Of a DNA stretch of 32,000 nt, positions 11,489-20,058 are shown piece after piece. A program made the translations under genes and the position numbers. This DNA is from Acholeplasma laidlawii PG-8A. GTDB taxonomy: Bacteria > Bacillota_I > Bacilli_A > Acholeplasmatales > Acholeplasmataceae. The notes beneath the pieces are model-generated. The model was not told the DNA's origin and did not search any database. It worked only from the letters and a program-made list of their open reading frames with translations. Every line of letters starts with the position of its first letter. The stretch's first letter is position 1. The stretch covers positions 1,290,001 to 1,322,000 of the forward strand of contig NC_010163.1 in assembly GCF_000018785.1 (NCBI RefSeq), given 5' to 3'.

Positions 11489-13019
11489 GTTTAACTTCCT
11501 TTCCTGCTTGTCTGTTTTCCAAGTAATTTACAGCAAGTGATGTAACCCCTGTTAAGACTAAGTAGATAATTGCTGTAATAACAAATGGTGTAACAGTATC
11601 ATAGGTTGCACCAACAACTTGACGTGTTGCATTAAATAAGTCAAGCACACCAATCACACTTAATACTGCAGTATCTTTTAAATTGACAATGAACTCATTG
11701 CCAATTGCTGGCAATGCATTTTTAATTGCTTGAGGATATACAATGTATAATAACGATTTTACTCTTGAAAACCCTAAAGATCTTGCTGCTTCCATTTGTC
11801 CTTTATCAATAGCATTCATACTACCACGCAGTATTTCTGCTATATAAGCAGCAGTATTTAAAACAACAATGATTAAACCAGCAGATAGTGGTGTCCACCA
11901 AGATAGATCAAAAATAAGTTTTACACCGTAATAAAAAATCATTGCTTGTACAATCATCGGTGTACCTCTAAATAAAACAATATAAATTGTAGCTATACCG
12001 CTTGTTAAACGCTTAAATAAAATTCTAATGAAGCCATCTCTTTTTTTATCTACTATTTGAGTTTTTAGCCAAACTAGTATAAGCGATAATATAAACCCAC
12101 CCAAAGTACCTATGATCGCTAATAGAAGTGTTACCCCAACACCTTGAATGAATAGTGATACATACTTACCTATTAAATCAAATATACTAAGTTCAGATTC
12201 GTTGTTTCTGATCACTGCTGCAGTCATCATTTCATTTCTAGTTTCAACACTAATTGTGCTTAATGCACTATTAATTTCATCAAGTAACTCAGTATCTGAT
12301 TTTCTAACACCTACAGAAACGGTAATATCTGATTCTTCTGATGTAAATCCAAATCCTTGTTCAAATTTAACAATTGTTAATGAAGGATTTGATTTTACAA
12401 CAGATTCTGCAACTGGTAGCTCTGCTACAAAAGCATCTGATACATTTGTCATAACAGATGCAACTAGATTGCTATAAGCATCTAGCGGTGTTTGATGTAC
12501 CACGTTTTCTATTTGTGGTATTAAATCATCATATAGTGTACCTCTTTGAGCAACAACCTTAGAACCGTTAAAGTCGGTTAATTTTGAAGCACTCGCATAA
12601 TTTGAATCCTTTTTAACGACCATGACTATCTCAGAACGGTAATATTCATCACTAAAATTAATCTGTAGCTTTCGCTCACTTGTTGGACTCATACCTGCGA
12701 TAATTACATCAATCTCGCCACTGTTTAAAGCAGGAATTAACCCATCCCATTCGATTGCTTTAATAACTAGATTACGATCCATAATATTAGCTAGTTCTTT
12801 TGACATTTGAACGTCATAACCATCTACATATGAACCTGGTTGATTACTAATCGGATAAGCGTAATCACTCACACTAGTTACAGTCCAATTAAATGGTGCA
12901 TATGCCGCTTCTAATCCAACGACTAAATCTTTTTTAGTTTCATTATTTGCTTGTGTCGTACAAGCAATTAATGTAGTACTCATTATTAACACTATGAGTA
13001 TTGTTACAAGTTTCTTCAT
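11481..13019 (-). CDS. Fused substrate-binding lipoprotein and permease of an amino-acid ABC importer (probably lysine, LysXY-like)
   Basis: Lipoprotein signal peptide ending in LIAC. A family-3 solute-binding domain is followed by a His/Glu/Gln/Arg-type permease domain (EAARSLG motif). The substrate guess rests only on the upstream riboswitch call. Confidence 0.88.
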   Translation of the reverse strand: MKKLVTILIVLIMSTTLIACTTQANNETKKDLVVGLEAAYAPFNWTVTSVSDYAYPISNQPGSYVDGYDVQMSKELANIMDRNLVIKAIEWDGLIPALNSGEIDVIIAGMSPTSERKLQINFSDEYYRSEIVMVVKKDSNYASASKLTDFNGSKVVAQRGTLYDDLIPQIENVVHQTPLDAYSNLVASVMTNVSDAFVAELPVAESVVKSNPSLTIVKFEQGFGFTSEESDITVSVGVRKSDTELLDEINSALSTISVETRNEMMTAAVIRNNESELSIFDLIGKYVSLFIQGVGVTLLLAIIGTLGGFILSLILVWLKTQIVDKKRDGFIRILFKRLTSGIATIYIVLFRGTPMIVQAMIFYYGVKLIFDLSWWTPLSAGLIIVVLNTAAYIAEILRGSMNAIDKGQMEAARSLGFSRVKSLLYIVYPQAIKNALPAIGNEFIVNLKDTAVLSVIGVLDLFNATRQVVGATYDTVTPFVITAIIYLVLTGVTSLAVNYLENRQAGKEVKHA

Positions 13020-13045
13020 ATTAAACCACCTTATTTATTTTGTAC

Positions 13046-13238
13046 AAAAAAAAACGCCAAGAAGCGTTTTATAATATCAATTATAATAGCTCCTCTACTT
13101 TCGTAGGAGTGTTATTGGTATTACCAACAACCCCATAAATAATGAATGTCTTCATTATTTATTCGGCGATTTTTGCCTTTGAAGTGGTTCATAGCCTACC
13201 GGCTCCCCACTCTACTCTTCTTAATCGCAACCTCTATT
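13046..13238 (-). promoter_or_regulatory. Lysine riboswitch (L-box) with intrinsic terminator
   Basis: The minus strand reads AAUAGAGGUUGCGAUUAAGAAGAGUAGAGUGG-GGAGCC...CCACUUCAAAGGCAAAAAUCGCCGAAU-[hairpin]-AUGGGG-[hairpin]-ACUCCUACGAAAGUAGAGGAGCUAUU. This is colinear with the conserved L-box blocks I recall: AGAGGxGC, GAGUAG, GGGGAG, GAAAGGC...GCCGAAG, UGGGG and GGAGAGC. P1 is AAUAG/CUAUU. The terminator AAAACGC-loop-GCGTTTTTTTTT lies at 13070-13046. Confidence 0.65.
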
Positions 13239-13257
13239 TATATTTATTTGTAAGGAC

Positions 13258-13286
13258 ATTATAATATAACATCCCTAATATATCAA
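13258..13286 (-). promoter_or_regulatory. Sigma-A-type promoter for the riboswitch and ABC operon
   Basis: TTGATA (13286-13281), 17-nt spacer, TATAAT (13263-13258). Confidence 0.6.
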
Positions 13287-13378
13287 CCTAAGATTTTAAA
13301 AAAATTATATAATGTGATAAATGTCATATATCAAATACTCTTATTTTTAATGCTTTAAGTACTTATTAGATCTTTTGA

Positions 13379-15499
13379 TCAAGATTTAACCATGTTTAAA
13401 GTTAATGCATTAAGTGCAACAATTACAGTTGAAAGTGACATCAATACACCACCAATTGCAGGTGATAAAATTATTCCAAACGGTGCTAAAATACCAGCTG
13501 CAATTGGAATTGCAATAAAGTTATAACCAGCACCCCAAATTAAATTTTCATTCATTTTTCTGTTTGTCTTAAAAGACAAATCAATAAATGATGCAATATC
13601 ACCTGGTTCTGAATTTGTTAAAATAACATCTGCAGAATCTATAGCAACTTGGGTACCAGCTCCAATTGCTACACCAACATCTGCAAGTGCTAAAGAAGGT
13701 GCATCATTAATACCGTCTCCCATCATTATGACAATTAAACCTTGTTTTTTAAATTTATCAACTAATTTATACTTATCTTCCGGTGACTGATTAGCGTAAT
13801 ATTCAATGTCTAGTTTATTAGCTACAATTTTTGCAGCATATTCATTGTCACCTGTTGCCATAATAGGTCTTATACCTTTATGTTTTAATTCTTTTATAAG
13901 TTTTTGACTTGAAGTCTTTAGACTATCACCTAATTTGACAACCCCAATTGCTTTATTATTCTTTAATAGAATACTTACTGTGTACCCAAAATCATTTTGA
14001 ATCGTGATTGGTTCTTTATATGCATTTACACTTATAAACTCATAAGTATCTAAACCAACACTACCTTCTAATCCTTTACCTGATATGTAATTGATCTTAT
14101 CGAATTTTAAAGCTTTAATATCCTTATTTTTAGCATATTCTATAATGGATTGTGCAATCGGATGGCTAGATGCTGATTCTATACCATATAAAATTGAAAT
14201 AACTTCTTCTTCAGTTAGTGAGTTATCTAATAGATCAATATGTTGTACTTTAAAAATACCTGTGGTTAGTGTCCCTGTTTTATCTAATATAACAATATCC
14301 GCTTTAGTAGTTAAATTATAAGTTTGTCTATCTTTTACTAAAACACCATTTACACTGCCAATGCTGGTGCTTCTAGATATTACTAGAGGTATTGCTAAAC
14401 CAAGCGCGTGTGGACATGCAATAATTAAAGTTGTAATTGAAAATAAAATAGCACTATTTAAATCCTCCATCAAATACCATACAACAAATGATACAAGTGC
14501 TGCAAATAACGCTAAATAAAATAGCCATCCTGCTACTTTTTTAGCATTATTTTCAGCTCTTGACGGTTTAGACTGTGCATCCATAATTAAGTTTTTAACT
14601 TGTGATAAATATGCATCTTTGCCTGTTTTTGTGACTTTAACTTCTAGTTTACTATATTCGTTTGTTGAGCCACCAATAACAAAGTCACCAACTTTTTTTA
14701 CTACAGGTACTGATTCTCCAGTTAATAAAGATTCGTTAACTCTAGATTCACCCTTTAAAATAATGCCATCTGCAGCAACATTTTCACCTGATTGAACAAT
14801 GATTACATCATTTATCTTTAACTGTGAAATTGGAACTTCTACCATTTCACCATGCTCTTTTAGTAGTAAAGCATTTTTAGGTAATAATTTTGCAAGTGAT
14901 TCTTGTGCATCACCTGCTTTCATTAAAGCAAGCATCTCTATCCAGTGACCGAGTAGCATAATAAGTAATAAAGAAGCAAACTCAAATAAAAAATCCATAT
15001 AGTGTTCACCTGTAACATATCTTATAACCACAGCAAATACACTATATAAAAAAGATACACTAATACCCATTGTAACAAGTGCCATCATACCTGGCTGCTT
15101 ATTTTTAAGTTCCGTTACTGCACCTTGTATAAATGGTTTACCACCATAAATGAAGAGTATTATAGAAATAAATAAGGCCAGTATATCTGAATATTTAAAC
15201 TCATAATAAAATGGAAATGGTAAGTGTATACCCATAAAAGGTGATAACCACATTACGATTAAACCAAGTGGTAAGGAAATTAAAAATATCTTCTTAAAGT
15301 TACCGTGATGGTGATGTTTGTGATGGTTATGATCGTCATGGTTATGATGATTATGGTCATCATGGTTATGATGATTCATGTGTTCATGATTATGATGATT
15401 ATGGTCGTCATGGTTATGATGATTCATGTGTTCGTGTTTATCATCCATTGCGTGTTCATGATTATGCTTAGACTTAGAATTAAATTGATTTTTTTTCAT
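13379..15499 (-). CDS. copB: Heavy-metal P1B-type ATPase with His-rich N-terminus and CPH motif (CopB-like copper exporter)
   Basis: DKTGTLT phosphorylation site, TGES, GDGINDAP, and a transmembrane CPH motif (IIACPHALGL). The N-terminal ~65 aa are almost entirely H/N/D/E/M. RBS AAGGAGTG. Confidence 0.88.
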   Translation of the reverse strand: MKKNQFNSKSKHNHEHAMDDKHEHMNHHNHDDHNHHNHEHMNHHNHDDHNHHNHDDHNHHKHHHHGNFKKIFLISLPLGLIVMWLSPFMGIHLPFPFYYEFKYSDILALFISIILFIYGGKPFIQGAVTELKNKQPGMMALVTMGISVSFLYSVFAVVIRYVTGEHYMDFLFEFASLLLIMLLGHWIEMLALMKAGDAQESLAKLLPKNALLLKEHGEMVEVPISQLKINDVIIVQSGENVAADGIILKGESRVNESLLTGESVPVVKKVGDFVIGGSTNEYSKLEVKVTKTGKDAYLSQVKNLIMDAQSKPSRAENNAKKVAGWLFYLALFAALVSFVVWYLMEDLNSAILFSITTLIIACPHALGLAIPLVISRSTSIGSVNGVLVKDRQTYNLTTKADIVILDKTGTLTTGIFKVQHIDLLDNSLTEEEVISILYGIESASSHPIAQSIIEYAKNKDIKALKFDKINYISGKGLEGSVGLDTYEFISVNAYKEPITIQNDFGYTVSILLKNNKAIGVVKLGDSLKTSSQKLIKELKHKGIRPIMATGDNEYAAKIVANKLDIEYYANQSPEDKYKLVDKFKKQGLIVIMMGDGINDAPSLALADVGVAIGAGTQVAIDSADVILTNSEPGDIASFIDLSFKTNRKMNENLIWGAGYNFIAIPIAAGILAPFGIILSPAIGGVLMSLSTVIVALNALTLNMVKS
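15305..15445 (-). repeat. Tandem in-frame DNA repeats (24/48-nt period) encoding the His-rich tail of the ATPase
   Basis: GGTCATCATGGTTATGATGATTCATGTGTTCATG at 15355 and GGTCGTCATGGTTATGATGATTCATGTGTTCGTG at 15403 are 48 nt apart. A third partial copy lies at about 15334. These encode the repeated HEHMNHHNHDDHNHHN units. Confidence 0.8.
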
Positions 15500-15516
15500 A
15501 TGTGCACTCCTTATTT

Positions 15517-15538
15517 AACCCCTATATGGGGGGGGTAT
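15517..15538. promoter_or_regulatory. GC-rich pseudo-palindrome TAACCCC-TATAT-GGGGGGGGTAT; candidate CsoR-type copper operator
   Basis: It lies immediately downstream of the -10 element and upstream of the copB-like RBS. The C4-N5-G4+ core flanked by TA resembles the CsoR operators I recall (TACCC...GGGGTA). It contains a G8 run. Confidence 0.45.
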
Positions 15539-15544
15539 GTTTAT

Positions 15545-15573
15545 ATCATATCTAAATTTTAATTACTTGTCAA
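15545..15573 (-). promoter_or_regulatory. Promoter of the copB-like gene
   Basis: TTGACA (15573-15568), 17-nt spacer, TATGAT (15550-15545). Confidence 0.55.
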
Positions 15574-15629
15574 TTAATATTACTTATAGTGTTTATTAAG
15601 TTTGATTTTAACATTTAGTTTGAGCAGGT

Positions 15630-15662
15630 TAAAAAAACCAGAAACTTTACATAGTTTCTGGT
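15630..15662 (-). terminator. Rho-independent terminator ending the helicase/nuclease locus
   Basis: On the minus strand, ACCAGAAACT-atgtaa-AGTTTCTGGT is followed by TTTTTTT. It lies about 155 nt after the stop at 15819. Confidence 0.7.
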
Positions 15663-15818
15663 ATAAATGTCAATATAAGAGGGTAGCAAAACTGGACATT
15701 CCAATACTTTTTATAGGGTATAGTTTAGTTTTTATCCTTAATTTTATTTTAATCACACTTTCTATAATAGACTGTGTTATTTTATCTAATTTTAATTTTT
15801 AAGAGGAGTATCTAATTT

Positions 15819-16412
15819 TTACTTAAAATCAAGCAAGTACGCAAAATCATCGATATCATATAATTTAATATTTAGCTTTTCTGCACCAATTTTAGCCTGT
15901 CTAGTAAATCCATGATTATTTGATATGACTACCCAATATTCATTACATTTATAAATTTTACCCCCTGAATGTACTTCTTTAACAGCATCATAACCAACTT
16001 TACCCTTATAGTGCTTAACCTGAATACCGATAACCTTGTTTTCGATCTTCGCGATTACATCAATACCAAAATCACCGGATTTCTTTGTCAATTCTGTCTT
16101 GTATCCGATCAGTTTTAAACTATCTGCAACAAACTTTTCAAATTGATATCCATCCATGGTTTTTATCTTTTTGAAGTTATACTTAATCCTTGTGCGTTCA
16201 ATCTTCTTATTTCTTTCATAAATTTTATATATTTTGTAACCTCTCATACCTAACGCTGCTATCGTTAGTATAATCCCTGGTATTAAATATAAAATTCCAT
16301 AATTCATAGCTGCAAGTATAATTGCTGCTAAACCAAAAGAACCAATAACTATATCCTTATTCTTTATTAAATATTTAATTTCAGCTTTTGAAAATAAATT
16401 GTCATTGCTCAT
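15819..16412 (-). CDS. Membrane-anchored (2 TM) Mrr_cat restriction-endonuclease-fold protein
   Basis: The probable start is the ATG at 16412, with GGAGG 6 nt upstream; the track start at 16454 is less likely. Two hydrophobic helices are present (IVIGSFGLAAIILAAMNYGILYL, IPGIILTIAALGM). The C-terminal domain GYQFEKFVADSLKLIGY...SGDFGIDVIAK...IGIQVKHY has the D...QxK core typical of Mrr-type REase domains. Confidence 0.75.
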   Translation of the reverse strand: MSNDNLFSKAEIKYLIKNKDIVIGSFGLAAIILAAMNYGILYLIPGIILTIAALGMRGYKIYKIYERNKKIERTRIKYNFKKIKTMDGYQFEKFVADSLKLIGYKTELTKKSGDFGIDVIAKIENKVIGIQVKHYKGKVGYDAVKEVHSGGKIYKCNEYWVVISNNHGFTRQAKIGAEKLNIKLYDIDDFAYLLDFK

Positions 16413-16487
16413 TTTTATCCTCCACAAGATTAAATGCATTTGATTATCAAACAAAATAAAACTTATTATTTAAGCATGCTAGAACAA

Positions 16488-19400
16488 TTATTTCAGTATG
16501 TTTATAATACTTTCTCTAACAAACATATATCTTCTTGAGTAGTCATTACCTATCTTTAGTAGTTTTATATTGTTATCCTTGCATATTTGCTCTTTTTTTG
16601 AATCACGCCACTTTGTTTCTTCACTCGAATCATGTTCAGGTCCATTAAGTTCTATTACTAGTACAGGTATTAAATTTCTACCACGTTTAATATAAAGCAC
16701 AAAATCAAACACCGCTTTTGTACCATAATCAAATAATACTGGATGTGTAAATTTATTAAGAACATTAGCCACTTTAACTTGTGTTTTAATTTCATACTGA
16801 TCAGCTGTTGTTAGATAGTGCTTAATTGTTTCGAAGAGTTCAGTTTCGGCTTTCGTATTATATTGTTGATAGTTATGGCTATTCACAGTCATAAGTTCGT
16901 TTTTTGGAGTTAACTCAAACTTCTCTCCATTATTAGCAACATAATCTACTAATTCCACCAAATCATTACTTTGCCCTAAAGATCTACTTCTAATTTCTTC
17001 TGCATCTCCAACAATAATGAGTTCTTTCTTAGGACGTGTGGTTGCTACATTAATTAGCTCAACATTATTCTTAATCCAATCAAAAGTACCTTGTTTAGTA
17101 CTAGGAGTTATTGCTGGACTAAAGTATATCGTATCCTTTTCATCACCTTGAAAAGTATGAATAGTTCCCACTTCTACATGTTTCAAATCATATTCATTTA
17201 ATATGTTTTTTATAAGCTCAGATTGATTAACAAATGGTGTAATTACACCAACATTAAAATTACCCCTTTTTTTAATATACTCTGCAATTTGGATTGCTTC
17301 CATTTCAGAAGTATTTTTTTGAGAATTTGTTTTATTAGTACTATTTCCAGCAACATCTGCTAAAAATAATGCCTTTGTATCGTTGATTGCTGTTTCTATT
17401 TTTAATTCATTTTTATAATACTTTTGATTACTAAAATTTATAATTGATTTGTGACTTCTATAATGATAGTTAAGTAGTACAAAGGGTGAAATATAATCAA
17501 CTAATTGCATGAGCCCTAGTATGGAATTGTTTAAGTAATTATATACATCTGGTATCTTATACTTAATCATTAGTTTTTTATTTAATGCATGAGAAAGTGT
17601 AATCACTGGTCTTAATTGATTTAAATCACCCACAAGCAATAATTTTTTTGCTCTAGAAATAGGAAATAGAGCATAGCCGATTGAACATTGTCCAGCCTCA
17701 TCTATAATCGACAAGTCAAATGAAGGCTCAGGATTTCCTAACCTTGCAGCAGATATATTTGTAGTCATTATAATTGGAAATATTTTGATTAAATCTTTTA
17801 AATTGTCTTGGTTGGTAATATATCTATTAAAGTCGGTTACTCTCTTTTGCTCGTTTTCATCTTTTATAATACTGATTAAATCATTGTATTTAGGTTCTTT
17901 AAATAGTTTAGAAAAACTATTTAAAGATGTATAATACAGCCACATTAAAAAGTCTCTATCAACTTTTTGGATGTGTTTTTGGATACTATCTACCTCAATA
18001 TCCGGTAAACTATCATAATCTTTCTTATATTTTTCATACTCTGCAGTTATTGTTGATACTCTTAAGTTACCCTTAAAAGCTTCTATCACAGAATCTAATG
18101 AATCCATCTGTTCTTTAAGTTGTAATTTGTATTCGTAATCTTTTATTAAATTATTTATAATTGAAAAATTAGATTGACTCAAATTCTTTTTAGAATTAAG
18201 CTGACTCTCGTTAGGTCTGTCAAACTGTTCCTTATAACCATCATATATCGCCTTAATACGCTCTATGGCTTCTAAGACTCTATCTCTGTTGCCTAACCTT
18301 AAAACAGGTAGAGGTATTGTTTTAGTACCATATTTGAGATTAATCAGTTTAGTATAGATATCATCTATGGGTTTATTATTATTTGATGATACTAATACAG
18401 TTTGTTCGTTAAATAAGGTAGATATTAATAAGTTAATAATACTATGTGTTTTTCCTGTACCAGGAGGGCCTTGTACATATGTTATTGGGTGTTTTAATGC
18501 ATTAGAGATAACTCTTAATTGACTTATATTTACCTTATTATCTAATGTCACTATTTGGTAATCATCTTTTTTTCCTAATCTGTGTTTACTCATATTGCCA
18601 AAAAAGGCTTGTAGCGGTGTATTACCTTCCTTTTTTGCCATAAGTATTGAAATATATTTGAATTGTTCTTGAACATTAATACTAAGTTGCCTAATTTGAT
18701 CCATTATATATGGAGTATCATCAAGTTTCTCACCTTTTCTTATGTTGTCCTGTAAAATGTTCTTTGCTTCATTAATATTTGTTGTATATAGTTCTGTGAA
18801 CACTTCAACTTCTATATCTAAGTAATTTCTTAGGTTATGAATGTTTATTTCTTTTTCATCCATAATAAATGAATAGTTAAAATGTACTTCATCTTCCATA
18901 ACCAGAGATTTTGAATAAGGATTGAAATTTAATTTCTTGTAGGCAATAACATATTTACCCCTAGGTGTAATAATGGACAAATCATTAATAATAAGATCAA
19001 TAATTGTGAGATTATTATTTTCCATTTGAGATGAAATTTTGCTTAACTGATCAGAAATTATGCCAATTTGTTGGTAGTTAAGTTTAACTGTTCCATTAGT
19101 TTTTAATATATTTTGATCAATACCATAAACTAGTACACTCTCTCTTTGGTATGGGGGTTGATCATATATTAAGCAGTCTTTATAGTATAGAAACATCTTT
19201 TCATCATATAGATCAAATTCCAACCATTTTAGCCTATCTAATTGGCCTTCTATTTTGTCAATCAAATCTTCCGGTACATCATAAGTTGTGCCCTCAACAA
19301 TATACGCAGCTTGAATTCGATCAAAAAGGATAGTTCTCTTATCTACCCCATTATTATCATTTTCCAATTTAGTTTGATTAAATGCATCAATATAAAGATA

Positions 19401-19532
19401 TTTGTTATCAACATCAATATCCCGAATGCAACACCAAAAGAACGTCTTTTTATCATCAGCGTTCGTGTAGTTAATTGCAACCCATTTGGACTCTTTAATT
19501 GATCTTGATAATGTTTTCCCTATATGTTCCAT
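16488..19532 (-). CDS. Large SF1 (Upf1/DNA2-like) helicase with an unassigned N-terminal ~340 aa and a C-terminal DUF2726/Vsr-like nuclease-fold domain
   Basis: Walker A GPPGTGKTH, Walker B IIDEAGQ, LLLVGDLNQLRPV, YRSH, GTIHTFQGDEKDTIYF, NVATTRPKKELIIVGD. The C-terminal AVFDFVLY...LVIELNGPEH...RDSKKEQICKDNNIKLLKI is of the DUF2726 or Vsr/DUF559 type. The likely start is the ATG at 19532, with GGGGA upstream; the track start is 19550. Confidence 0.88.
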   Translation of the reverse strand: MEHIGKTLSRSIKESKWVAINYTNADDKKTFFWCCIRDIDVDNKYLYIDAFNQTKLENDNNGVDKRTILFDRIQAAYIVEGTTYDVPEDLIDKIEGQLDRLKWLEFDLYDEKMFLYYKDCLIYDQPPYQRESVLVYGIDQNILKTNGTVKLNYQQIGIISDQLSKISSQMENNNLTIIDLIINDLSIITPRGKYVIAYKKLNFNPYSKSLVMEDEVHFNYSFIMDEKEINIHNLRNYLDIEVEVFTELYTTNINEAKNILQDNIRKGEKLDDTPYIMDQIRQLSINVQEQFKYISILMAKKEGNTPLQAFFGNMSKHRLGKKDDYQIVTLDNKVNISQLRVISNALKHPITYVQGPPGTGKTHSIINLLISTLFNEQTVLVSSNNNKPIDDIYTKLINLKYGTKTIPLPVLRLGNRDRVLEAIERIKAIYDGYKEQFDRPNESQLNSKKNLSQSNFSIINNLIKDYEYKLQLKEQMDSLDSVIEAFKGNLRVSTITAEYEKYKKDYDSLPDIEVDSIQKHIQKVDRDFLMWLYYTSLNSFSKLFKEPKYNDLISIIKDENEQKRVTDFNRYITNQDNLKDLIKIFPIIMTTNISAARLGNPEPSFDLSIIDEAGQCSIGYALFPISRAKKLLLVGDLNQLRPVITLSHALNKKLMIKYKIPDVYNYLNNSILGLMQLVDYISPFVLLNYHYRSHKSIINFSNQKYYKNELKIETAINDTKALFLADVAGNSTNKTNSQKNTSEMEAIQIAEYIKKRGNFNVGVITPFVNQSELIKNILNEYDLKHVEVGTIHTFQGDEKDTIYFSPAITPSTKQGTFDWIKNNVELINVATTRPKKELIIVGDAEEIRSRSLGQSNDLVELVDYVANNGEKFELTPKNELMTVNSHNYQQYNTKAETELFETIKHYLTTADQYEIKTQVKVANVLNKFTHPVLFDYGTKAVFDFVLYIKRGRNLIPVLVIELNGPEHDSSEETKWRDSKKEQICKDNNIKLLKIGNDYSRRYMFVRESIINILK

Positions 19533-19592
19533 ATGTATCCCCATCAACATATCTTTATAGAAATAGTTTATTTAATTTACTCTACTAGAGGT

Positions 19593-19621
19593 ATTATACC
19601 TTTTTTTATCAAAATTTGAAA
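19593..19621 (-). promoter_or_regulatory. Possible internal promoter ahead of the large helicase gene
   Basis: TTTCAA (19621-19616), 17-nt spacer, TATAAT (19598-19593) on the minus strand. The genome is AT-rich, so false positives are common. Confidence 0.35.
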
Positions 19622-19651
19622 ACCTAGCTTAGTTTATAATCAGGGTTCCTC

Positions 19652-20038
19652 TCATTTTGAATTATCTTCTTTACTGTAAATATCAAATGCTTCAACAATC
19701 TTTTCCTTAAATCTTTTTCTTCCAATTAATAATACATGCAATTTATTTGCTGAAATGGTGGCTGATTTTTGAAATTTGGCATTTGTAATAACAACTGCTG
19801 TATTACACTTGTAAATCCCTTTAGCAGTATAAATTTCTTAAACTGCCTTTAAGTTTACTTTTTGCTTTAAATATAATTTAGCTTGGATATAGATTTTATC
19901 TTTCCTTTTTTCTGCAAAGACATCTACCCCATAATCGTGACTTCCTTTTGTTATTTTGACCCTAAAACCTGATCTTTTATATGTTTCTGCAATGATTTTT
20001 TTAAAAACATGTGGTTTGAGTTGATCTATTAATGTCAA
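19652..20038 (-). pseudogene. Small stand-alone Mrr_cat restriction-endonuclease-fold gene interrupted by an in-frame TAA
   Basis: TTG start with a GAGGA RBS. 66 codons are followed by TAA (19840-19838). The same frame then continues for 61 more codons (EIYTAKGIYKCNTAVVITNAKFQKSATISANKLHVLLIG...) to the TGA at 19654-19652. The two halves together align colinearly with the Mrr_cat domain of the 15819-16412 paralogue, and the stop aligns with a Lys there. Confidence 0.7.
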
Positions 20039-20058
20039 AATTTCATCCTCTGTTGATT

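Noticed and set aside
13046-13238. T-box leader as an alternative reading of the ABC operon leader
   Set aside because: The 5' GCGAT..AGAGTAG stretch is T-box-like. However, no AAxxGGGTGGTACCGCG-type T-box sequence precedes the terminator, and the ordered L-box blocks (GGGGAG, AAAGGC..GCCGAA, UGGGG, GGAGC) fit better.
15305-15562. 85-aa plus-strand ORF made almost entirely of M, V and I (MMVMFVMVMIVMVMM...)
   Set aside because: It is the antisense reading of the CAT/CAC-rich His-repeat of the ATPase gene. This is a compositional artefact, not a gene.
19838-19840. TAA as a reassigned or read-through codon rather than a nonsense mutation
   Set aside because: TAA terminates many clearly complete genes in this window, so the standard code applies. 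A pseudogene or a sequencing error is the simpler explanation.
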